From the NCBI GenBank assembly GCA_973851085.1, contig OZ316775.1, positions 8,060,001 to 8,124,000 on the forward strand: 64,000 nt of DNA, written 5' to 3'. Both the position numbers and the translations under genes were made by a program. The notes under the pieces were generated by a model. It was not told the origin of the DNA. It worked only from the letters and a program-made list of their open reading frames with translations, and ran no database searches. The DNA is from Ptychomitrium polyphyllum. Taxonomy: Eukaryota. Positions 51,112 through 62,600 of the stretch are shown in pieces; the stretch's first letter is position 1; each line of letters opens with the position of its first letter.

Positions 51112-53515
51112 ATGTCGTGGGCGGGACCTGACAACTTTCCTGCGACCTCTCTCGCCGACAATCTCGATAGTGAGTTACTCGCTTCCTCATCACATGCATT
51201 TGCCCTGCATGCTTGAAGGGAGCGAGAAGGAGGAAGCGAAGTGATAACGAAGGGCTGTTCTAATACTGCGTGGTCATCTGCCATAGCTTGCACGGGATTT
51301 GAATTTGATGGTTACGAAGCTTTTTTTTGTGGGTTTTTACTCGTACCACGAATTTTTGGCTTTCTCTGGCCGTGTTGCTCCAATGTAGCACTCTACCGTC
51401 AAATTGCTGGTATCCGCGTTCGCAATGTTATTGCAAGTGCTGAATCACAGCACTAATCTCACTATCCTGTCATGTTAAATGTTTGTTTTCTATTATTTTG
51501 TTGAGAATCTGAACACTGAAGATTATTCACCTTTTTATAGTGGATCTACCGGCTTTAGAAAGTACGTGGAACACATAAAGAATGACCGCAAACTATTACA
51601 ACCCTGTTCTGTGTCAATTAGGGTTTGTACTTATGATGAATGTCGAGGTTTTGAGGTAACTGAGACCCTCATAGGGAATACTTGTGTGCCTCAACTGCAA
51701 TATGACCTAATTTCTTTGAAGGCATAACTGTTAAGGAAAATTAGGGTTTTAGACACGAAGTGGTCTGCCAGTGGATCGATTGGACAGCTTACATGAGGAG
51801 CCTAAACTCCAACTCTAGCTAGGCTACATTCTGCCCGGTTGTCTTTGCTGGAAGTTGTCTGAATCTATCTATTTTTGGTGGACTATGCTTTATGGGGATT
51901 CTAGTGCGGGAATACCACTCTTCTAGCAGAGCGAAATGGTTTCCTCGAGTTTATTTCTACCATAGTTAGTATGGAATTTGATCTGAACTTACTTGCATTT
52001 TGTGATTAGTACGACTTTGTAATGATCACTCACCGAGAAGCCAGTGCATATGGTGTCTAGGCGTATTTGGATTCTCTCTTTCACTGAAATGTTAAAATTT
52101 TAGTTTCATTGTTTCTGTGATATCTTTGTTTTCATGCATTTTTACTGGTGCGGAAACTTGCAGAGAAGCTGCTAGTGATATTGCGAGATGGAAGGAAGAT
52201 AATTGGCATACTCCGGTCCTTTGATCAATTTGGTATGTATTTTTTACCCATACATATCTAATGCGAGATTCTTTCTATCTTCATATTGAGTGAGGAAGTT
52301 CTATTTGGGGTCCTTTAGCAAAACTGCTGTGATGTTTTAACTTTTAACGAATTTGAATACTAAAGCTTCTTTTTGTAGTCAGTAAGTGTGCTCTACATGG
52401 TATATTAAGCATGGGTTCTTCTTCTGGTGAAAAACAGCAAATGTAGTATTGGAAGGAGCACTCGAAAGGATTACGGTTGGAGAGCTATATTGCGATCTTC
52501 CTTTGGGATTGTACATTATCCGCGGAGAGAATGTTGTTCTCATTGGTGAATTGGTAAGATTGTTTTGAAACCTTATTGCACCTTGGCCACAGGTCGTCTT
52601 CATACTTGTTGCGAGTTCTTTTGTGATTCTCTGTTAACTCGACGTCTTTAGTGTATATGACAATTCGTCCTCAAAGGCGCGGATAGCTTGAACTTTGTTC
52701 TGTCTTACGTAAAATGGAACGCATTTGTGGTGTAAACATGGATTTGAAAAAACAAAGAATCTACCGCCCTAATTCAAAGAAAAAGAATTTGTTTTATTGA
52801 ACTGATAGTAGGAAGTTGGTTATGGTTGGTTCTTTTGAGAAGTATATGATTCGTTAAGACTTCAACTTCGAGTCTAAACTGAAAACCAGAGATGTCAGTT
52901 TACGAGCTTTCTGATTTAAGGGAACTTTTGAAACTGGTTGGTGGTTACAGGATCTGGAAAGGGAAGAGTTGCCATCTTTTATGGTGCGTGTCACTCCTAC
53001 CGAAATCAAACAGGTAAGATCGTTGGTTTTCGATTGTTACTCTCCTTCAGATGCTCCGACAAAGTATGTTGCTATTTTGAAGTTTACCGTGGTGATCTGA
53101 AAATCTGACAGAATGAAAGTCTAGAGCTCCAGTAGTGTGCATTGCTAATGGATTTTTGAACTCGATTTATGAAGCAAGGGACATCCGTATTGCAATTATG
53201 TCCATACTCTTTGCAGGTTTTTGGAAGACGATCAGATTTGGGTTATGATTTTCTCTGCTCAAAGGCTGTGGGACTGGGCTTGTAATTTTTAGGGAGGGGA
53301 ATGAACAGTATTTAATGTCAGTTATTGAAATTTAGTGCATGCAGAGAATATTCTCATACTGTACATTACATGTACGTCTTTGAACATCCTCAGTGTCTTT
53401 TGAAGCTGTTTGTTGAAGAAATGTTCTGTTGGTACAGGCACAAAAAGCAGAGAAAGATGCAACAGAGTTGAAGGGTACAATGAGGAAGCGCATGGAGTTT
53501 CTGGATCTTGATTGA
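51112..53515 (+). CDS. LSM1: Sm-like protein LSM1 (mRNA decapping activator, 127 aa)
   Basis: Exons 51112-51169, 52164-52232, 52438-52553, 52951-53013 and 53438-53515 give [48 protein letters not shown]...GLYIIRGENVVLIGELDLEREE...GTMRKRMEFLDLD*. Absent from the ORF track because the exons are short. Confidence 0.93.
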
Positions 53516-56500
53516 GCTGTGAAATTGAAAAATATGGAGGACCCAGTTCTCCACCTGTACGGATGTTTATCAATCTCTGAAACTTACAAGCAAACGAGGG
53601 GGGAACACGCCCCGCCAGTGTGGCGAGTTTAAAGTGTCATACTGGCCCGCACATTTTATCGCGGATCTGCGTTCCTAGTGGTGGTATTCACCACAAAATT
53701 TACCCTCTAGGGTGGCCCCCATCCTTATTCTAGTTTTCCTGTTCAATTCTCCCAGTTCTGGACCACTTGATGTAATCCATGCTCTTTGTCATAGTTCCTT
53801 CTGCCTACTTGCAGTGAAGTATTTATTGTGTCGAAACTGTTCTCTTGTTTCTTCCGAGTGCCTCTTTGCCTGTCATTCTGAGAAAGAACAAGTTTGTACT
53901 TTTATGTTGCACCAAACAGGTGCTTCTTCATGGTTCCGTAACGTCACACGGACTTCCACTACACCATGGTGAACTCATTTCATCGATTACTTTTAAGACT
54001 CTAAAATGCTGGAAGCTGCTGAAAGTGTAGAAGCGAAGTCATTTTTTGTTTTTTTCCCTCGTCAATATTACACTAATGGAAGTGCTGGCGGTGCTGGGTA
54101 CCGCCCTCCCTACCCCACCCTATAGGACGTGGACAGGCCTCAATTCTGAGTTTGTAGTGCGGGTTGTTTTTGGAGGAAAGCAACTTGCAGTTATGGTAAT
54201 CTGCATTGGATAGTTGCATGACATTAAACTTTGAAAGACATCACCACTTCCAACTAAAACCAAATCAAGGAGAAGTAAGGAGGCGATATTAAAACCCCAT
54301 TTCGTAGCATTGTTTCCAAGTTGTGCATTTGCTACACTTCTGAATTATAACACGTTTCTTACATAGACTTCTCTGTATAGGTAGTGTGGACGAAAGTATT
54401 GTGGATTGAAAAGTACATGTATGTTGTTTGGTGGTGTTAAAGTGGTTGGAGTTTTGAAATGCTTTGTATATTGTTTCATTACATTCATTTCATACTACAA
54501 TTGTAAATAATACTTAGTAAAGTTTAGTATTTTGGAAAATAATTAGAATATCATTTTAGTACATAGGAACATCTAAGAATTAAGAATGAAGAATATAATA
54601 TAATATATATAGATACATGCTACTTTGTAAAAAAACTATTCAATAAGTATTCATTTCTAATAATACCAACCTTAATCATTTGACCTTATAAATGTTTGGT
54701 ATTACTTAAATTTTTAGAATTTTGGAAGAGTTTCAATTCTTTTGAGATAATAGAACAATAGATTATGCTTATTAATGAAATTGAATTAAACTTGGTTTAT
54801 TCAAAAAAAAACTGATTGCTAAATTTATAAAGTAATGTGCTCATTAATACTATTATTGCATTAATTTTGGTCATTATGGCTATTATTCCTTCAAAATTTA
54901 AAAGTCCTTTAATAAAAAAATATATAAATTAAAGATACACCATTTAATACCAAAATGCCCATTCATTCACTTTTGCATAATTTCATTTATTTAAAAAAAT
55001 AACACTTTGTTTCTTTTATTGCCTTTTTTATGCTTTTTTATTAAAAATACATTACTTTTGCTATAAATTAATATGATAATTTATGTTTGTATTTTTTTTA
55101 TATTGTTAAATTTCCACTAAAATTTAGAGCTTTAATGATTTAAAAGTTTGAGATATTAAAGTACAAAAATCATCAATTACAAGATTGTTTGTTTTATTTA
55201 AATAATTATCAATTGGTATTATTAGATACCAAATTGTTTTTTGATGATTTTCCATCAAAATTTAACTTTTTTTTGGTCACTTAATATAAATCTTTCATTC
55301 AACAATAAATTTTTAATAAGTCATTTATTATTATTGTGTTATTTCTTCATGGTTGATTTTATGGAAGAAATATAATTTGTAAAATTTGATAGAAATGAAA
55401 AGCATAAAAGTGTGCTTTTAATTATTTTTAAAATATGGAATAAAAAACGTATTTATTAGATTAATAGATGCATAAAACATTAATTTGAAAGACTAAAAAC
55501 TAAATAGTATTTTGTTCATCTTACCTTTAATATTATTGAAAAATTTTAAAATTTTTAAAATGTATACAATAAATAATTAGCAAATCAACTAATAAAAGTT
55601 GTAATAATGTCAAATTTAGACTAAATTATTTAATTTTTTTAATGATTTATATTTAATGTATGTAGGCTAGCATTTATTTTATTATAACAATAAATTAAAA
55701 GTGGAGTTTAAAGTTTTATTTTATAAATATTGTGTCTATGTTTTATAAGCTCTAATCAATTAAATACATTACAATATGCAAAATTATTTTATTTTATTTT
55801 TTATGATTAAAATGTAGTAGTAAGCACAATCTCTTTATATTTGGTTATGATTATTTGTTCTTTTAAAACCATACATGGTATCAAAATATTTGTAAATGTC
55901 TAAATAGATATTACTTATATGAAAAAAATACATAATAAGGCTTTACACATTTTTTAGCCTTAAAATTGTAGAATATTTTAAAACAATTAGTTTAAAGAAA
56001 TTAGATAGAAATATTAGATAGTTGACATTGAATTATAATTTTTATGAAATTTTTATTATAGTATAAATAAAAAAAGGCTAATAAAATAGAGTTATATAAT
56101 GAAGTGCAATGCTAAATTTGCATAAATGAATGTAATCATGTATTGTCATTTACATACTTTAGCAACTTCAAATTATGTATTTACACTATTTAAAAATAAT
56201 GTACATTTCAAATAATAAAACAATAGTTTGTTGTTGTCAAATTATGTTTGAAATTCATAAACATATATCTTTAATATTTAAATGTAAAATTAAAATCTAT
56301 ACATTATTTTAAATGAAATGTTAGTATAGCAATCATATTGATAAAATATTAATATATTCACCTTTGAACATCTCCACTTGCTTCAATAAATTTTTTTACT
56401 TTTAGCTTCAAGGTTTCTTTATAAGGTATAGAAAGCTAACTTATACCACATTGGACAAAAGATGATGATTTATTTAAACATGATTTTCATTAAGTTTGGA

Positions 56501-56705
56501 TTTTTCAATGAGATTTAAATAACCAAATTCATGGAAAAATGCCTTCTTCACAAATGGAGCTATGACTTCAAATTTCAGGCATCCAACAAGGCATTATGTC
56601 ATCAAAAATAGTATGAAAGACATCAAAACACTTTAAAATAAATAAAAAATAAAAAAATTCTTTCAAGCCTTCATATCTTTCTTTCATCTAAGCCTCAATC
56701 AAGTG

Positions 56706-56858
56706 GAAATAGATGAAATAGATGAAATAGATGAAATTCATAAGTGCGGATGGACGGATAGACGGACAAACAAATGGACAAACTGACGAACAGACAGACG
56801 GATAGAGAAACTAATAGATAGACGGCAAATTGATGGATAGACAAACAGACGGACAGAC
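56706..56858. repeat. (GAAATAGAT)x3 followed by a degenerate (GACA/GACG/GATA)n microsatellite
   Basis: Directly visible at the right edge of the AT-rich island 54450-56700. Confidence 0.7.
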
Positions 56859-59665
56859 TTCCGGGAACTATAAGGTTTCTTTTCTACTACACGAAAATTA
56901 CAGAAAATACAGAAAACACAGAAACTAACCCTCGCACACCAGACACAGCAAACTCCAGATGAGTAAGGGAATTCACTGGTAACTCAATCTTTAATCAAGC
57001 TCCAACATGACCTGCAAGCATGATGCCCCAAATATTATCCCAGTCAAACGGGAACAACTTCACATGACTCACTGCGAGAAAATCAGCAAGCGTCACAATG
57101 GAGAATCCAGAAATGCGGATCATTGACGCGGCGGACACGAAACGATTCCCCTTTCAGAGCAGAAAACTCCGCAAAACTGTGATTGTCGGCGTTGGCGGAG
57201 CGCAGAGCATGAGAGAGATCACGCGCATGCTTGACAGTGGACGCCGTGATGCTCAACCACAACACGGACAGGCCAGTTTGCAGCGTCCGCAAGTTCATCG
57301 CAATGCCAGAGAACCAGCTTCAATCAATCTCCCCGTGAAGCTGTTACTGTGAATGTTTCACGGTCTCGGCTTCCGGCTCGCTTATGACCGTGTGAGGCCC
57401 TCTCGGTTCTTCACGATCTTCACTCGGTCACGAACACCAGACAGTGCGTCCACGCTTCTGAGACTGCACGCGCTCCTGACAGTGCAGCAGGCTGCATGAC
57501 GCGAACCTCGTGCGATATTATTATTTCACCGCGGTGAGGATTTCGGAGGCACTGCTAAGGACTAATGCGGGCGTCTTCCGCTTGACCCGGTGTTCGGGAT
57601 AGTGACCTGGATCCCAGCATCGCCGGATCATCCTCGATCCGAGACTCGATATGATTCACCCTTGCGACCCCGCTTTGCAGCCAAAGTGTCATTCACTTTC
57701 CCGAAGCGGGTACTAGAGATGATACTGGGTCTAGCACTGTAAAGGTCCTGCCTAGGATGCTGTCTTATCATCCTCGCTTCTGGCTTGCGGAACTTGCTGA
57801 ACGGCATCCTTTGCTTTTTTCTAAAGTTTTTTTAGCACGGACAGGTTTCCAGCTCTTCAGATGCTGTTTCCAAGTGGATCCTCATGTCGCCCCACGGTTC
57901 GCAAAGCCAGCCCTTTGACTCGATCGAAACCTGTGGGACGCTAAAGGTAAGATTGTTTACGTTCATTGCCTTGTGTCTTTGGTCGAGCTAACTTTCTAGC
58001 TAATGATGCAGCACGATGCGTCTCACAGGGGCCTACAAACGTTGCTTGGAAATCTATGGAATTTCCTCCTCCCGATGCTTTCTGGATGTAGACTTGTACG
58101 GCACTATTACACTCGAGGTGGCCGCCATTTTGGGTGAGCCCTGTCGCCACTGTTCCACTTGCCACCATCTCAGTACAGTAAGACATAGTCCAAGGGATAC
58201 ATCAAGGTCGTTTTCTTCCATTCAAGATGTCGCTCTTTCATTCTCGGTTTGTTCCTCTTTGTGATTGATCAGCCTGTGTGGAAAACTACCAGCTTGAAGT
58301 TAGGTAGAGAAGTCTGAGGGTGTTTCAAGCGCCCGGATCTACTTTGAGGACGACGTTTGTGAGTTTAGATCGTTTGTGCATTTTGAGAAGTCAGGATAGC
58401 CGTGATCGAAAGTGAGCGGTTGAGTGCTGTTGCGTCCAAGTTTCATGTGGAGCATCTTCGCCAGGTACCCCCAAACGCCATAGCCATCCAAAAGTAGTTA
58501 GAATCAACGGAGAGGGTAGCGTGGAATGCATGCACTTCTTGGGAAACTCGAAATCGAGAGCTCGTGCTTTCTAGGAGCTAGACTAGATCCGATTGTTGTT
58601 GTAGAGTTGCGTTTGGATTTTCTGTCCGTGCGCTCAGTCTAGGTGGGTTCTGCTTTGGCGTTGAAGCCATTTTCGTGCTTGACCTAGTGGTCAGCAGGCG
58701 TTTGTCACAGGGAGAGCATCTTTAACGGAGAGAAGCGATCAGAGTGGGTTGCAGAATAGAGATTGGAGAAGCATGGAAGCGCCTCAAGTTGAGATTTGCG
58801 CTCGTTTGAGAATATGGGAGTTAGTGTGCTCAGTGCTGAATGGAGGATGAGCGCTGCCCACCTCCTTCGTGTGTAGGTTTCAACGGAAGGTAGACTATCA
58901 CATTCTGCATTTCTGTGCTTGTCCTTTTTCTTTTCTGCAATTCTCTAAAATCAGTATAGCGCCTACACCCGAGTATTTAATAGAGATCGACTCATAGCCA
59001 TTGTTCTGTAAATCACTCGTTAATAGAGTTTATCCTAGTGTTGTGTTCGCGGGGTTTTTGGTTTTGTTGGTATACGTGCCGTCATCGCTAGTGCGTCATG
59101 GGCTGCGAATCTTCCTTGTTATGGATGTGTTAAGCTGCAAGTTGTGACGTAGGTTTCGTGGTCGATGGATACGGACTTGTACACCAGTTCTATAGTGAAA
59201 CGTATCACTTCTGGCTACACTTATTTCTGTTTCTGAAAGTGACTTCCTGAACTGGATGGGTAGCTTTCAAAGAGCAGTTCAAATTATAGTGACATTCATC
59301 GGTGTGGTTGAGTCCATCACGTATCTATACACAGTGATCCTTTGAAATGGCAGAGATAATTCTGTAGTCTAGCATAAGGTACTTATAATTGTGTTCTGTT
59401 TTCAGGGGTTTTATCGGAAATCGCACTCTTCAGCTGGGAGTTCCTTGATGAAGATTCAATTTTAGAATCTCTATTTGCCTTATACTTTCTGATATCTTTC
59501 AGCGTCTTAGGCAGCATATATTAGGGCTTTTTGACAACATTCGTTACAACGCCAACTTTGCTATTCAAAGACCTTGAGGCTTCGAATTTGTTTGTGAATT
59601 GGGGAGAACAAGCACCGGATTAGGCTGCACTTATTTCTGTTCCTGGCTTTGAGCTTGTCCACGTG

Positions 59666-62600
59666 ATGTCTAAATTTGAGGACATTAGACCAGCCATTGG
59701 CATAGATTTAGGAACCACAAACAGTCGTGTTGGAATCTGGTTGGATAAGGAGAATCGTTTCGAACTCATCTCCAACGACCATGGTTGTCAAAGTACGCCC
59801 AGTTATGTCGCGTTTACCGAAACAGAGCGTCTCATTGGAGACGCTGCCAAGGATCAAGTGTCCAGGAATCCTGCAAACACGGTTTTTGGTAAGTTTCAGA
59901 ACACATATTTGTGTAAGATTTTGTGAACGCAATTCTGAATGAGGTGTATTTGGTTATAGATGTTAAATTTGAAACCTTCCATTTCGTTTGAAGCGTATGG
60001 ATACGGTGTTATTAAAACTTGACCAGTGACAAATTAATTCACATTGATGGTCGGATTCTGTCAAGAGAGGACAAGCGGGTCATTTTTCTAGGCAATACCG
60101 CTGTTGATCATTTTAATCGTGTACTGCAGATGTTAAGAGGTTGATTGGAAGAAAGTTCAACGATTTGGGAACTGATGGTGACAGAATGCACATCCAGTGG
60201 CCATTTAAAGTGGCTCGTGGTGTGGATGACAAGCCAATGATACACGTTGAGTACAAAGGGAAAGAGAAAATCTTCTCTGCAGAAGATGTTTACTCTATGA
60301 TCTTGGGGAAGATGAAAGATCTTGCTGAGGTCTATTCTGGTTCTGTTGTTAATGGTGCTTCCGTAAGTTATCCTCATTGCTTCACCTCTGCACAAAGACA
60401 AGCTACTCGGAATGCCTGTAGCATGGCTGGTTTGGAAATCGTTACCCTTGTCCATGAGCCAATTTGTGCTGTACTTGCTTATATTTTGAAGACTGATCGT
60501 CCACCACTTGGTGACAAAAAGGTTATGATTTTTGATCTTGGAGGTGGGTCACTAGACGTCACATTGTTTAGCTTTGAGGACAATATTGTTGAAGTAAAGG
60601 CAACAAGTGGCGATCGCCAATTAGGAGGAGAGGACTTTGACCTAAGGTTGCTCCATCATTTTATTCAAGAAATCCAGGAGAAGTATGAGAATGACATCAC
60701 CGGTCATCCTCGTGTCGTGAGGAGATTGAAGAAGCAAGTGGAGAGGGTTAAGTTGGCACTTTCCTCTGAAGTAGAAACCAATATTCAGATCGATTCCTTG
60801 CTTGAAGATTTTAGCTTCTATTCCACTATTTCCCGTGCCTGCTTTGAGGAGTTGAATATGGACCTCTTCGAAAAATGCATCAAGTGTGTGGAAGAGTGTC
60901 TACAAAGTGCTGAGGTGGATAAGGCCAACGTGGACGAAGTTGTGTTAATTGGAGGTTCTTCTCGTATCCCGAAGGTGCAAGAACTGTTGGCTGAGTTTTT
61001 CAATGATAAAGCTAAACTGAACACGTCCATGAACCCTGATGAGGCTGTAGTTTGTGGAGCTGCTGCTCGATCTGGAATCTCTCGTGGTTGTGTATTTGCA
61101 GACTATATTGTAGTTGATGCTATTCCCAAGTCTTTGGGTTTGGAGACAGTTGGAGGTGCGATGCATGTGATGCACCCGCGAAATTCCAGCATTCAGAGGA
61201 AGAGCGAGCAATTGTTTACAACAGTTTACGATGACCAGCCTGGTATTTTTATCCATGTTTATGAGGGTGAAAATTCTCAGACATGCGATAACTTGTTGAT
61301 CGCCACAATTGAACTACCTGGGATACCTCCTGCCCCACGTGGCGTACCTCAGATCCTTGTGCGTTTTTGCGTCGATGCTGACGGTACCTTGACGGTCTCA
61401 GCCAACGATGAAACAACCGGGAAGAAGGTGGAGGTGGAGGTGAACAACATGGTAAATTGTTAGAAAGGCTCCAAAACCATGCTTTTTCCCCCGGATGGAT
61501 CTATTTTGAACGATCTGAACTTTATGTCTGAATGGTGATTAGAATAGTTTCTAAGGAGTTAAGGATAGCGTTGTTTTGCTTTATGAACTTTAATTGAGAC
61601 TAAGTAGGAACCCTGAAAAGCATGGTGGCACTAACAGAATCTTACTCAAATGCATCTTTGTGAAATTTCAACTGTAGGGGGAAGTTGACATTACCAGTAG
61701 TGGAGTGCATCACGACGACGAGCGTGGCCAAGGACTTCCAATTCAGGTTTGAAACGTCCCTAATAAAGAACCATCTTGCAAGCCTTTTTTCCAATCAAAC
61801 TGGGTAGTGAATTGCGTTTTAAGTTTTACCCTTTTCTTGTAGATGTACCATACCTCTTTGGCATCTGAGAATCCAAGCGATTCTTCCAGCTCGTTAAGAC
61901 CGCATGAATTAAGCAATACCAATGACAGCAGTCCGCATGAGTTCTGTGAACCATCTCCAGCGGACAGATCAAGCATCATTATAGAATGCAGGCCACAGGT
62001 ATTTTCTGAACCACCAGAAGCTTATGAATCTATCAACACCGCAGAGATCAGGTCACAAAGGATTTCGGATCCATCTCTTGCAAATGAACCAAGCAACACC
62101 ATGGAAAGGAGGTCACAGGCTTTTTCCGAGCCATCACAAGCATTTGAATCAAGCAACAATGTGGAGAGCAGGTCTTTGAAGGTTCTTGAACCAGCATATG
62201 AACCAAGCAACACTGTGGAAAGCAGGTCACAGGACTTTTACGAGCCACCACAAGCATTCGAATCAGTCAACAGTGTGGAGTCTTTGGAGGTTCTTGAACC
62301 ACCGGTGGCACACGGGTCAAGAGATACTGTTGAGGAAAGGTCACAGGAATTTCCTGAACCTCCACAAGCACGTGAATCGAATTGCACCGTGGAGAGCAGG
62401 TCCCAAGAGTTTTCTGGAACTCCAGCATCTGAATCGAGCAAATCTGTGGAGAGCAGCTCCAGAGTCTCTTTAGTGCAGGAGATTCTTGACACCGTCCACG
62501 TGCTTACCCCAATTTCAGATTTTCGAACTCATAAAAAGGAGTGTTCCTCCTTCATAAGGCGTGTGAACATGATTGTCCCACTGTTTGAGGAATTCAGAGA

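Noticed and set aside
51617..51750. Two TTAGGGTTT telomere-like motifs in LSM1 intron 1
   Set aside because: Isolated telo-box-type motifs are common in plant genes; not a telomeric array.
13065..53515. Apparent chromatin/genome-maintenance cluster (HDA8, H2A.Z x2, FANCI, LSM1)
   Set aside because: No shared regulatory element seen; genes are separated by unrelated DNA, so co-location is plausibly chance without synteny data.
57060..58270. GC-richer island with several 70-85 aa ORFs upstream of the Hsp70 fusion gene
   Set aside because: No motif or consistent splice pattern; may be promoter DNA or a decayed gene.
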